64,000 nucleotides of DNA from assembly GCA_009785705.1 (NCBI GenBank), contig WQVS01000001.1, forward strand, positions 6,689 through 70,688, given 5' to 3'. The notes under the pieces were generated by a model. It worked only from the letters and a program-made list of their open reading frames with translations. It was not told where the DNA came from and did no database searches. Each line of letters opens with the position of its first letter. Positions within the stretch are counted from its first letter, which is position 1. The stretch comes from Coriobacteriia bacterium. GTDB lineage: Bacteria; Actinomycetota; Coriobacteriia; WRKU01; WQUG01. The position numbers and the translations under genes were made by a program. Positions 37,948 through 48,233 of the stretch are shown here, in pieces.

Positions 37948-40900
37948 ATGCACGAGATGACTCGTCGTAATTTCCTTAAGGTGCTCGGTGCTGCTTTCGC
38001 AGTAAGCTCGTTGACTGGTTTAGCTAAACCAAAGACCGGCTTTGCTGCTGGAGCAGAAACTCTAGAGTTCCGTATTAAGGATGCCACAGAGACAACTTCA
38101 ATTTGCTGTTTCTGTAGTTTAGGCTGTGGCGGTATCGCTTCAGTTGTAGAGGGGAAACTAGTTTCCTTTGAGGGTGACCCAGATAGCCCCATTAATGAGG
38201 GTGGTCTGTGTTCTAAGGGTGCTGCGCAGTTTAACGTGGTCAATGTTTATAATCCAGAAACAGGCGACATGACTCTTAACCCGAAACGTTTGACAAAGCC
38301 CAAGTATCGCGCAGCAGGCGCAAGCGAATGGGAAGAAGTCGAATGGGATTGGATTATCAGGCGCATTGCAGAAAAGGTTAAAGAAACGCGCGATGCAAGC
38401 TTTGAAACCATCAGTAATGGAGTCACCGTAAATCGTACGCAGGCAATTGCGCACCTTGGTTGTGGCGCACTGCCCTGTGAAGATTTGGGCCCACTTCAAA
38501 AACTGCAACGTGCACTAGGCATTATTTATATTGAGCATCAAGCTCGCCTGTGACACAGCTCAACTGTTGCCGGTCTTGGCAACTCGTTTGGGCGCGGTGT
38601 AATGACAAATCACTATACTGATATGCAAAACACCGATGTCTTTATTGTCTGCGGTTCAAACAACGCAGAAAATCATCCCGCTAGCATGAGGCACGTTAAT
38701 CGTGCGCGTGAAAAGGGTGCAAAGCTCGTCGTTATTGACCCGCGCTTCACCCGTACGGCTGCTACTGCGGATCATTACTACCAGATGCGTTCTGGAACTG
38801 ATATTGCGCTCTTCGGTGGAATCATCAACTACCTTCTGCAAAATGACCTGTACAACAGATCTTATGTAGAAGAATATACAAACGCATCGTATCTTGTTAA
38901 TCCAGAATATGACTTCTCAGACGGTATGTTCAGTGGATTTTCAGGGGAAGAAGGTCCAGCAGCCTACGATAGAGCTAGCTGGAGCTATCAAATTGAAGGT
39001 ACGACAGAATGGGATACCTCAGAAGACGGACAATATGCCTGGGTAGCAGGTGAGGGTGTGCCAGAATTTACGACACCCGCTGTACCTGAGGTTAAAAAAG
39101 ATCCCAGCATGCAAGACCCAAACTGCGTTATGCAGCTCATGAAAAAGCACTATGAGCGCTACACGCCAGAAACGGTGTCACGTACCGTCGGTATGTCAGA
39201 ATCAGATTTCTTGGAAATCTGTGAAATCTACGCAAGTACTGCAGCAGATGACCGTAGCCTAAATTGGCTGTATGCCATGGGTATTACTCAACATTCAAAG
39301 GGCTCGCAAAATGTACGCGCGAAATCAATGATTCAATTGTTGCTGGGCAACATGGGTATTGCTGGTGGTGGTATTGCAGCACTACGTGGTAAGTGCAATA
39401 TTCAAGGTTCAACAGACTTTGGTCTACTGCACAACATTTTGCCTGGTTATAATCCTGTGCCATCAGAGGGTGGAACGCCTACTCTGCGTGCCTATAATGA
39501 GGGCACAGCACACAGCGGATTCTGGGCAAATAGACCACGTTTCATAGTGTCAAAACTCAAAGAATTCTGGGGCGACCATGCAACGATAGACAATGATTAC
39601 TGCTTTGACTATCTGCCAAAGCTCGGCTCAAAGACAAACTACTCCTTCATGGAAATCTTCGAGGAAGCACATGCGGGCAAAATCAAAGGCCTTTTCTCTT
39701 GGGGTATGAATCCTGTAGTAGGTGGACCGAACTCTAATCGTACTCGTGGTGGTCTTGCAAAACTTGATTGGCTAGTCAGTGTTGATGTCTTTGAGAATGA
39801 CACCTCTAACTTCTGGTCAGTACCACTTGAAGAGGGTGGAGAAGCGACTCCGGAAAGTATCGATACAGAAGTATTCTTGCTTCCAGCAGCTTCACACATT
39901 GAATCAGAGGGAACCATCACTAACTCTGGCCGTTGGGCACAGTGGCGTTATGCTGCCCTTAATCCCATAGGTGAAGCCTTGCGTGACGGTGAAATCATGA
40001 CCCGTCTTTTCCGCGCTTATCAAGAGGTCTATGCAGAGGGTGGAGTATTTCCAGACCCCATCATGAACTTGACCTGGGATTATGTTGATGAAAATGGAAA
40101 CTTTGATTCGCGTAGAGTTGCTCAGGCAATTAACGGTTACACCGTTGAAGATAGACAGCTGCTTTCTGGCTTTGGTCAACTGCAGGCAAACGGTACGACA
40201 GCCTGTATGAACTGGATTTACTCTGGCTATTACAGTAACAATGAAGATCCCTTGAATCCTGCTGTTCAGCCTTGCGGTGCACGCGATGCAAGTGATAGAA
40301 CGGTATCAGGACTTGGGGGCGGACTAAAGCAGTTCCCGCAATGGGCTTTTGCTTGGCCACTTAATCGTCGTATTGTATACAACCGTGCTTCGACGCATAA
40401 GGACACAGGACTTGCACGTAATCCTGAAAGAATCCTCGTGCAGTGGAACGGAAACAATTGGGATAGAAACGACGTGCCAGACTTTGCTTTCCAGAGACCC
40501 GTGGGTACTGACCCAGTGATAGGGGAACCGACCTTTGAGGGAATCCATCCAGAAAACTGTCCTGCCTTCTTTATGAACGCAGAGTATGTTGCGCGCCTCT
40601 TTGCGCCTGGCATGGTCGATGGACCCTTTGCAGAGCATTATGAACCCTACGAATCTCCCATCAATAATCCGCTGTCAGGACGCCAAAACATTCCTACGGC
40701 ACTTGTTTTCGAAGAAGCAAGCAGACTAGGCACTGCAAGCGAGTTCCCCATTGTCGCAACGACTTGGCGTGTAGTAGAGCATTGGCAGAGTGGTACCATT
40801 ACCCGAAATTTGCCTTATCTAGGCGAAGCTATGCCGCACATGTTTGTTGAAATTTCTGAAGAGCTTGCTGAGGAAAAGGGCATCTCAACAGGGGACAGGG

Positions 40901-41136
40901 TAGAGGTCTTTAACAATCGAGGAGTCGTTGAAGTATATGCCATGGTGACAAAGCGCATGAAGACCTTGAAGGTTGACGGCAAAAATGTTCACCAACTAGG
41001 CATGCCTTGGCACTGGGGTCAGGTTGGCATGGCTCGCGGGGCAAGTGCAAATACGCTTACACCGAGCGTAGGAGACGGAAATACCTTTATCCCGGAATAC
41101 AAAGCATTCCTGGTAGATATCAGGAAGGTGGGGTGA
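37948..41136 (+). CDS. fdhA: Formate dehydrogenase catalytic subunit (Mo/W-bisPGD). It contains selenocysteine and is Tat-exported. The in-frame UGA at 38551-38553 is read as Sec.
   Basis: Twin-arginine signal MTRRNFLKVLGAAFA. Two ORFs (ending 38553, restarting 38602) lie in the same frame. The context ...HQARL-U-HSSTVAGLGNSFGRGVMTNH matches the Sec site of FdnG/FdhF. A [4Fe-4S] Cys motif is at the N-terminus. Confidence 0.85.
38554..38600 (+). ncRNA. Bacterial SECIS-like hairpin immediately 3' of the Sec UGA
   Basis: GTTGCC-GGTCTT-GGCAAC at 38566-38583, with GGUC in the apical loop, 13 nt after the UGA. Confidence 0.5.
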
Positions 41137-41141
41137 TGTAG

Positions 41142-42101
41142 ATGGCTAGTAGTATAGCGATTTTATTTGATGCTTCAAAATGTACCGGCTGCAAGGGCTG
41201 TCAGGTTGCTTGTAAGCAATGGAACCAACTTCCCGCACCGCTGGACTTCGGTGACGCACCCTTTTCTGGGTCCTATGAATCTCCTGCGGAGAACTCGGGT
41301 GATACGTGGCTTAGGGTAACTTTTGATGAGATTGAACCCAGAGAAGACGAAGTAACGATTGCCTTTGGTAGAGACGCCTGTAGACATTGTGCGGATGCGC
41401 CCTGTGTTAGCGTCTGCTCTTCAGGGGCATGCCACAAAACCAGTAATGGTGCTGTAGCTATTGATTCATCGAAGTGCTTTGGTTGCCAGTATTGCATCGC
41501 AGCCTGTCCCTTTGATTCGCCAAAGTTTTGTGAGCGCGAGAAAAAGGCTAAGAAGTGCAGTCTTTGTCAGGACCGTTTGCAAAATGGACTTACTCCCTCG
41601 TGCATGAAGTCATGTACAGCAGACGCACTTGATTTTGGGGCAAGGTCAGACATGATTGCAAAGGCTCAAAGAAGGGCACTGGAAATCAAGTCAAAGTTCC
41701 CCAATGTTGAAGTCTATGGCGTTAATCAAATGGGTGGTCTCGGAGTAATCTCCATCCTTCCCTTTGGGGCGGACAGCCACAGAGAAATGGTGAACCCGCA
41801 AGCACCGCTTATGACACAGATAGGGAACATGCTTCCTACTGTGGCAGGCGTAGGTGTTCTAGGTGCTTTAGGAGTAACAGCACTGGCCTTTATGGGTGGT
41901 CGTGGTTCAGGTTACAGCGAAGAGCAGTACACCTATGACAATGTTCGCAGGGTTACCTGTGATGGTGGTAAGCCCATGGATCCTAATGCTCCTATTGTGA
42001 AACTTGGATTGAAAAAAGAAGAGAAGGCCGACACAAAAGAAGTTAAAGCAAGCAAGAAGACGGTAAAGGCTTCCGAAGGTGAGGTGAAGAAAAATGACTA
42101 G
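41142..42101 (+). CDS. fdhB: Formate dehydrogenase iron-sulfur subunit (FdnH-like, four [4Fe-4S] motifs, C-terminal TM anchor)
   Basis: Several CxxCxxCxxxCP motifs, then one TM helix and a Lys-rich tail. Confidence 0.85.
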   Translation: MASSIAILFDASKCTGCKGCQVACKQWNQLPAPLDFGDAPFSGSYESPAENSGDTWLRVTFDEIEPREDEVTIAFGRDACRHCADAPCVSVCSSGACHKTSNGAVAIDSSKCFGCQYCIAACPFDSPKFCEREKKAKKCSLCQDRLQNGLTPSCMKSCTADALDFGARSDMIAKAQRRALEIKSKFPNVEVYGVNQMGGLGVISILPFGADSHREMVNPQAPLMTQIGNMLPTVAGVGVLGALGVTALAFMGGRGSGYSEEQYTYDNVRRVTCDGGKPMDPNAPIVKLGLKKEEKADTKEVKASKKTVKASEGEVKKND

Positions 42102-42771
42102 GTATATTAGACGTCATAATTTCTGGGCTCGCTTCGTGCATTGGGCATATGCCGTTTTTGGTATTGTTTTGCTTATTACAGGCCTAGCTCTTTTCGTGCC
42201 AGGATTAGGTAAGGTTTTAGGGTTTGAAGTTTTGCAGGCCTCATCTTGGGTGCACAGAATTGTGGGAATCCTTTTTGTAGCAGTGCCGATTATTGGTTAC
42301 CTTGCAAAGCCCAGCAACTTGAAGCACATTTTCCAAAATCTGTTCCGCAGGTGGGATAAGGATGATGTTGACTTCATGAAGTTCTTCCCGCTTTACCTGT
42401 TTAATCCTAAAAAGTACCATATGCCAAAGCAGCACTATATTAAGTCAGGACAAAGAGCATCTGACATTGTTATGTACCTGCTTATCTTGATATTTATGAT
42501 TTCTGGTGTCTTGATGCTTATCGGTACGGGCATTCTTCCTGTGTGGATTTTCGCTATTGCGAAGTTTGCTCATCAGATTGCCTTTGTTATCTTTGCCATT
42601 CTTTTGGTGGTGCACATCTTCTTGGGTGCAGGAATCTTCCAGCCTTATCGCCGCTTGCCGCGCGGTATGTTCGGAGACGGACTTGTTTCAGAGTCTGATG
42701 CGCTGTATCACTGGGGTCACTGGGCAGAGGAAGAGCTTGCCAGTGGCGAAAATGTTGTAGAAAAGTCTTAA
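42094..42771 (+). CDS. fdhC: Formate dehydrogenase cytochrome b subunit (FdnI-like)
   Basis: Four TM helices with conserved His heme ligands (HWAY..., HRIVG, HQIAF, HIFLG). Confidence 0.75.
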   Translation: MTRYIRRHNFWARFVHWAYAVFGIVLLITGLALFVPGLGKVLGFEVLQASSWVHRIVGILFVAVPIIGYLAKPSNLKHIFQNLFRRWDKDDVDFMKFFPLYLFNPKKYHMPKQHYIKSGQRASDIVMYLLILIFMISGVLMLIGTGILPVWIFAIAKFAHQIAFVIFAILLVVHIFLGAGIFQPYRRLPRGMFGDGLVSESDALYHWGHWAEEELASGENVVEKS

Positions 42772-42888
42772 GTGTTTGTTGGTGGCTGCTAGAGTCACAG
42801 ACAGCAGGCAACTAGCTTAAGTTTTTCTGAAGTGTGCGGGTCACTGAGTCCTACCTTCTTAGTGACCCGCCTGTCGAGAGGGGCGCAT

Positions 42889-43434
42889 GTGATTGTCCAA
42901 ACAGACATAGATTCGATTAAGAGATATCGCGATAGACTAGGTGAAGAACTGTATGAACATCTAGCCGAATTGTGGTTTGAAAGTGAGAAAAATCCTGACC
43001 TACAGACAGAGAAGAGCATCGGGAAGTCAGATGTCACTGAGTCAGCCCCAGTGGACTTTGCTGCTGAAAAAGGTGACTGTCCTCTCTGTGGTTATGGAGC
43101 AGAGATGGGAATATTGCTTGACTCAGGAAAAGAGACTGAGGGAAGTGCGCGAAAGCTGTGGTGTGCCTACTGCGAGCACGTGTGGAATTATGAAAGAATT
43201 CGCTGTACGCGTTGCGGAACGCGTAACCAGGACGCTTTGAGCTATCACTTTGACGAAGATGATAGTGCACGCAGAATTTACTACTGTAGTGAATGTCAGG
43301 GAACCCAGAAGGTTCTTAATGAAAAGGACTTAGAAAATCCAGCAGAGGTTGACCTGCGTCTTGAGGGCATTTTGATGGAAGGCCTTGAGCAGGCTGTGCA
43401 AGAACACTGTGCCGACAAAAGAGGAGCCGATTAA
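42889..43434 (+). CDS. fdhE: FdhE-like formate dehydrogenase accessory protein (four CxxC rubredoxin-like knuckles)
   Basis: CPLCG...CAYCEH...CTRCG...CSECQ. GTG start 42889 follows RBS GAGAGGGG. It is shorter than E. coli FdhE. Confidence 0.6.
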   Translation: MIVQTDIDSIKRYRDRLGEELYEHLAELWFESEKNPDLQTEKSIGKSDVTESAPVDFAAEKGDCPLCGYGAEMGILLDSGKETEGSARKLWCAYCEHVWNYERIRCTRCGTRNQDALSYHFDEDDSARRIYYCSECQGTQKVLNEKDLENPAEVDLRLEGILMEGLEQAVQEHCADKRGAD

Positions 43435-43462
43435 GGCCGTGGCAGAAAATGGTAGCGATAGA

Positions 43463-43987
43463 ATGATTCCTGTTATTTCGCTGGTGGGGCGTAAAAATTC
43501 TGGTAAAACCACCTTTATCTCGTCTCTGATACCGTTGCTTGAAGCAAGGGGTTTTAGAGTCGCCTGTGTCAAACAGCACAAGCATGATGTGCCTGTTGAC
43601 ATTGTAGGTAAAGATTCTTGGCTGTATTCTCAGGCTGGTGCAAGTTGTTCGATTATGTCGACATCAAAGCAGTTATCGCTGGTGCACCAGCGTGAACAGA
43701 TGGCAGACCTTGAAGAGTTATCCTGTATTGCTGCCCAATCAGGATGTAACATCTTGCTGGCTGAAAGCTTTAACAGCTCTCCCTGTATCCGGGGGGTAGA
43801 GCGCTATGTAATCGCGCGGAAGGAAAGGCTTGAAGAGCCTCGTTTTTCGCCTGAGCAATGTAGCGGAATAATCAGTGATGACCCTGTTCTTGCTGAGCAG
43901 TGGAGACAGGCAGGAAGTCTTGTGTTTGAGCTGAATGAAGTAGAAAGTTTCGCAAATTTCCTCTGCGAAGAATACGGCACCTATTAA
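43463..43987 (+). CDS. mobB: Molybdopterin-guanine dinucleotide biosynthesis adapter MobB
   Basis: P-loop GRKNSGKTT and a MobB-like fold. Confidence 0.8.
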   Translation: MIPVISLVGRKNSGKTTFISSLIPLLEARGFRVACVKQHKHDVPVDIVGKDSWLYSQAGASCSIMSTSKQLSLVHQREQMADLEELSCIAAQSGCNILLAESFNSSPCIRGVERYVIARKERLEEPRFSPEQCSGIISDDPVLAEQWRQAGSLVFELNEVESFANFLCEEYGTY

Positions 43988-44177
43988 AGCTCATTTTGCA
44001 ACTTAAAGGGAGGTTTGCGAAATGGATGTTTTGAGGCGCCTTTTCAATACATCCTAAATATCCCTGTTTTCATAAAAAATGCGCACTACAACGCTTGTCC
44101 CCGTAGATAATGTCTAGTAAACTTGTCCGTAATATGTGTTGTCATGAAAATGAAGCGTACGATATGGGGAAGATGCT

Positions 44178-45491
44178 ATGAAGTTAGTTCATGCACTGAT
44201 TGATGCGTTTAGGAACAGTCGAACTAGGGCCAGAGCAATCATTTGGCTCGGAACAGTTATGACTGCGCTTATGCTTGTAGTTGCCTTAGGTGTTAGTGTT
44301 ACTACTACCTATTGGTTCTGCGCAGCAGTATGTCACTATCCACAATGGGATACGGTGACCTCTTACGATAATTCAACTCACACAGGTGTTGCCTGTATTG
44401 CTTGTCACAAGCAGCCAGGTGGAGATCCAATCTCATTCCTTCTCTTTAAAGTTGAAGCTCTTCTAAAGATGCCTCCATCAATTGCGGGAACAGTAGAGAT
44501 ACCACTCAATCCGCTGAGTGATCTCGCCATGAATCCGGCAAAACAGCCCAGTAAATACTGTACTCAGTGTCACAGGATGGAGAACCGCGGTGGACTTAAT
44601 CAGCGCGGCGAAACCAACACAAGTGACGGCATTATCATGGATCACTGGGCACATACAGACTTAAACATCTCTTGTACTGCCTGTCACAACCGTGTAGGTC
44701 ACTACCAAGGTGGCGACTGGGTGAATGTACATGAGCCTACAGAGTATGCTCCTGGTAGATTTAATCAACCTGATCACGATGACTTTATGCTAATGACTGC
44801 TTGTTATCGCTGTCACCGCTTTGATGAGCATGACGGTCAGCTAGTAAGTACTCCTTATCCAATCGGTCAGTTCCCTGGTGCTACAGGTGAATGTTCAATT
44901 TGTCACACGAGCTACTTTGACTTGATTCCTGACAATCACCGCGTACCTCGTTTTGTTGAAGATATCCATGGTCCTTGGGCAATGGAGATTGAAGAAAATG
45001 TAAGAGACTTCATTGATGGTCCGCGCCCGACTTACAATGACCAAGTAAACAAAAACACAGATGTAGAGTCACTGGCACTGCGTGGTGTGCCTAATGTGCG
45101 TGCTATTAACTACTGCTATACCTGTCACACAACAAGATTCTGTGATGACTGCCATGGTGGAATCAGAATGCCTCACCCTGCTGGCTACTTCATGCAACCA
45201 CACGTTGATGATGCTAGAGATTATCCAGACAGTTGTGCAATCTGCCACGTAACGTCTGCTGTGAATGACACACAGGCAGCGACAGGCAACAGAGGAGAAA
45301 TCACTGATGCTTCGACCTGTAGTGCTTGTCACCACGGATATCCAAACCTTGACTGGGACTTCGACACTGAAGTCAGCTGGGAATGGATTGGACACATTCC
45401 TGCAACGCAACAGCTAGGTGCAACGGTCTGCTTCGACTGTCACTCGCCAACATCATGTGCTGTATGCCACGTAGGACTGAACCAAGACTAG
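44178..45491 (+). CDS. Membrane-anchored multiheme cytochrome c (about 11-12 CxxCH motifs)
   Basis: One N-terminal TM segment. The motifs are CIACH, CTQCH, CTACH, CYRCH, CSICH, CYTCH, CDDCH, CAICH, CSACH, CFDCH, CAVCH, plus one CxxxCH. Confidence 0.8.
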   Translation: MKLVHALIDAFRNSRTRARAIIWLGTVMTALMLVVALGVSVTTTYWFCAAVCHYPQWDTVTSYDNSTHTGVACIACHKQPGGDPISFLLFKVEALLKMPPSIAGTVEIPLNPLSDLAMNPAKQPSKYCTQCHRMENRGGLNQRGETNTSDGIIMDHWAHTDLNISCTACHNRVGHYQGGDWVNVHEPTEYAPGRFNQPDHDDFMLMTACYRCHRFDEHDGQLVSTPYPIGQFPGATGECSICHTSYFDLIPDNHRVPRFVEDIHGPWAMEIEENVRDFIDGPRPTYNDQVNKNTDVESLALRGVPNVRAINYCYTCHTTRFCDDCHGGIRMPHPAGYFMQPHVDDARDYPDSCAICHVTSAVNDTQAATGNRGEITDASTCSACHHGYPNLDWDFDTEVSWEWIGHIPATQQLGATVCFDCHSPTSCAVCHVGLNQD

Positions 45492-45523
45492 AGACCGCTA
45501 GCTAATTCCACTGTAAGGGGGAT

Positions 45524-45567
45524 AGGCGCCTACACTTCGGGACTTCCCGCACTGTAGGCGCCTTTTA
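45524..45567 (+). terminator. Strong two-tier hairpin terminator after the cytochrome c gene
   Basis: Outer stem AGGCGCCTACA / TGTAGGCGCCT, inner stem CGGGA/TCCCG, then TTTTATTA. The next ORF's ATG (45570) follows immediately with no RBS. Confidence 0.6.
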
Positions 45568-45569
45568 TT

Positions 45570-47447
45570 ATGAGCTTCAAAACTTCACCAGATTTAGTAC
45601 TGTTACACGCGCCATCGATTTATGATTTCCGTAAAAAGCCACAGATGTTTGGACCTATTTCAGACCTTGTGCCCTCAACACCCATTTTTGAAATATATCC
45701 ATTAGGACTTACCACTATTGGTGAATATTTAGAGCGCAATGGGCATACAGTGCGCTTATTCAATTTGGCAAACTTGATGCTGCAGAGCGAAAAGTTTGAT
45801 GTTGAACGTTTCATCAGTAGACTTAATGCAAAGGCCTTTGGTCTTGCCTTGCACTGGATGCCGCACAGTCACGGTACCATTGAGATTGCACGCTTGCTTA
45901 AAAAGTATCACCCTGATGTACCCGTTATCTTTGGCGGTCTCTCTTCAAGCGTCTTTCACGAAGACCTGATTACTAACTATCCTTGTATTGACTACGTTTT
46001 CCGCGGAGACTCAACAGAAGAGCCTGTTCGCCGCTTGATGGAAGCCATCAAGGGCAGTAACGGTAAACCCTCTAATGAGACCTTGGCATCAATTCCTAAT
46101 TTGACCTGGCGTGATAAGAGCGGCGATATGGTCGTAAATGAACTCAGCTTTGTGCCGCCAGATTTCAATGCGCCTTCTTTGGATTTCAGCTTCAACATGA
46201 AGAGCGTTATTCGCGACCGTGACCTCTTTGGAGTTGTGCCTTACAAGCAGTGGATTAACTATCCCATGGCTGCAACTATATGTTGTCGTGGCTGTACTCA
46301 CAATTGCGTTACTTGTGGAGGGTCGCAGGCATCTTATCAAAAGCACTATAACCGAAGAAGAGTCGCCTATCGTGATCCAGAACTTATAGCGCGCGATATC
46401 GCACATGCGCAAAAATACATCCCTGGTGCAATTTTTGTCCTGAATGACTTTATGCAGGCAGGGGATGACTATGTCAAGGTGTTCATTGAGTCCTTGGGCA
46501 AGATCAACTTGCGTGCTCCCATTGGTTTTGAGGTGTTTACTCCGCCAGATGAGAAACTCTATGAACTGCTTGCTGCCAATCTCAACGATTGGACCATCGA
46601 GGTTAGTGCAGAGAGTCACGACGATGAAATCCGTAAGCTCTTTGGTAAAGGGCACTACACGACTGCAGAGGTCGAAAAAAGCATCAAACAAGCCTTTGAA
46701 TATGGTGCAACGCGCTTTGATTTGTACTATCTAATTGGTATTCCAGGTCAGAATGCTCAATCAGTTCTTGATAACGTTGATTATATTGGCAATCTGTATG
46801 AGAGCCTTGATTACGATAAGCGCCTTATCAGTAATATTGCCGCTATGACACCCTTCCTGGATCCAGGCTCAATCGCTTATGATAATCCAGAAGAGCATGG
46901 CTACAAGCTGCGAGCAACTACGGTAGAAGAACATCGCCAGTTGCTGGTACAGCCTTCATGGAAATATGTCATGAACTATGAAAGCATCCACTTGCCACCA
47001 GATGAGCTCGTAGATGTTACCTATGAGGCAGGTCTACGTCTAAACGAAATGAAGCGCAAGTCAGGTCTTATTGATGACAAGACTGCAGATGAGGTTAAAA
47101 ACCGCATTGAAGAAGCAAAGGTTTCTATGGCGCGTGTTGATGAGGTTATGCGTGACGCAGAACTGGCTACTCCAGAAGAGCGCGAAGCAAAGATTGGTGA
47201 TTTGCGCCGTGAAATGGAAGAGCTATCTGAATCTACTATCTGCGAAAAGACAGAACTTCGCTGGCCTGTTAACTTCAGAATTTCTAACCTGTGGGAATGC
47301 ATCAAGATTTGGGTTGTAGAGAACGTAAAAAATATCTTAATCCCAGAGAAAAATCCTGCAGCATCTGCAATCCACGAAAAGTGGAGAACAGAGAAAGGTA
47401 TTCCTACCATACAAGAATTACCTCAGGAAGTATCTGACGACCGCTAG
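45570..47447 (+). CDS. B12-binding-domain radical SAM protein of unknown function
   Basis: N-terminal cobalamin-binding-like domain. Radical SAM core CxxxCxxC (CTHNCVTC) around aa 245. Long C-terminal extension. The start is uncertain. Confidence 0.7.
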   Translation: MSFKTSPDLVLLHAPSIYDFRKKPQMFGPISDLVPSTPIFEIYPLGLTTIGEYLERNGHTVRLFNLANLMLQSEKFDVERFISRLNAKAFGLALHWMPHSHGTIEIARLLKKYHPDVPVIFGGLSSSVFHEDLITNYPCIDYVFRGDSTEEPVRRLMEAIKGSNGKPSNETLASIPNLTWRDKSGDMVVNELSFVPPDFNAPSLDFSFNMKSVIRDRDLFGVVPYKQWINYPMAATICCRGCTHNCVTCGGSQASYQKHYNRRRVAYRDPELIARDIAHAQKYIPGAIFVLNDFMQAGDDYVKVFIESLGKINLRAPIGFEVFTPPDEKLYELLAANLNDWTIEVSAESHDDEIRKLFGKGHYTTAEVEKSIKQAFEYGATRFDLYYLIGIPGQNAQSVLDNVDYIGNLYESLDYDKRLISNIAAMTPFLDPGSIAYDNPEEHGYKLRATTVEEHRQLLVQPSWKYVMNYESIHLPPDELVDVTYEAGLRLNEMKRKSGLIDDKTADEVKNRIEEAKVSMARVDEVMRDAELATPEEREAKIGDLRREMEELSESTICEKTELRWPVNFRISNLWECIKIWVVENVKNILIPEKNPAASAIHEKWRTEKGIPTIQELPQEVSDDR

Positions 47448-47711
47448 CATCCTGTAAGGAACTCACACGCAAGTATGTATTGCCCCTAATGGGGAGGCGA
47501 TTGTGCTAGGTGGATACTTCTGAATGCCTGCAGCTTATAATTTAAAGTAGCCAGAAATGCGAGAAACGCAGGCACAACTAAGGGTAAATTTGTTATACTT
47601 GAGCAGTTGAATTTAGCGCGTAGAAATGCACTTCGATCCGTATAAGCAGCATATTCTGTGTTGCTTTGGTGCATTTAGGACAGTACACAGTTTGACAAGA
47701 AAGGATTTATC

Positions 47712-48224
47712 ATGTCCGACGATCTTTTTTTTGAAGGCGATGAGCCTGTAGAGGAAACAAAGAAAAAAGCTCCTGTAAAGAAAAAGCCTGTTGCAAAGAG
47801 CGGCGGCAAAGCTCCTGCAAAGAAGGGCTCAGGACCTGCAAGGAAGGCTCCTGTAAATAGGAAACCCGCTGCAAATGAGGCAGCTTTTGAGTTTACTCCT
47901 GTGGTAGTAATACTCATTGCTGTTATTGCAATTTTGATTGGTTTCTTAGGTGGTCTACTTGCAGCAAATGCAATGCTACCTTCGGTTAATACTGCTCCTC
48001 CTGCTAACCAGCAAATGCCTCCGCAAGACGGTGGTATGGGTGGCGGCGGAATGGGCGGCATGGGCGGAGGCATGGGTGGTGCTCCGATTCTTGACGATGA
48101 GCAAATGATGGGTGACATGCCAGAAGGTCATCCTCCTCTTGATGAAGACGGTAACGTTATCATGCCTGGGGACGGCGAAGGTGCTTCAGCAGAAGGTGCT
48201 GACGAAGATTCAGAAGGATATTAA
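47712..48224 (+). CDS. Hypothetical single-pass membrane protein with a Lys/Ala/Pro-rich N-terminus and a Gly/Met-rich segment
   Basis: RBS GAAAGGA lies 6 nt before the ATG. The N-terminus has KKKAPVKKKPVAKSGGKAPAKKG. A TM helix follows, then MGGGGMGGMGGGMGG and an acidic tail. The antisense ORF 47675..48118 is rejected. Confidence 0.45.
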   Translation: MSDDLFFEGDEPVEETKKKAPVKKKPVAKSGGKAPAKKGSGPARKAPVNRKPAANEAAFEFTPVVVILIAVIAILIGFLGGLLAANAMLPSVNTAPPANQQMPPQDGGMGGGGMGGMGGGMGGAPILDDEQMMGDMPEGHPPLDEDGNVIMPGDGEGASAEGADEDSEGY

Positions 48225-48233
48225 GAGTTTATT

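Noticed and set aside
38554-38601. The apparent gap or frameshift between ORF 37918..38553 and ORF 38602..41136 could be read as a pseudogene or as two genes.
   Set aside because: The frame is the same. The TGA is in the conserved Sec context of formate dehydrogenases, and a SECIS-like hairpin follows. It is treated as one selenoprotein gene.
47675-48118. Pro-rich 147-aa ORF on the minus strand.
   Set aside because: It is antisense to a + strand ORF that has a strong RBS and sits in an otherwise all-plus operon. Its composition is the mirror of the Gly/Lys-rich sense frame.
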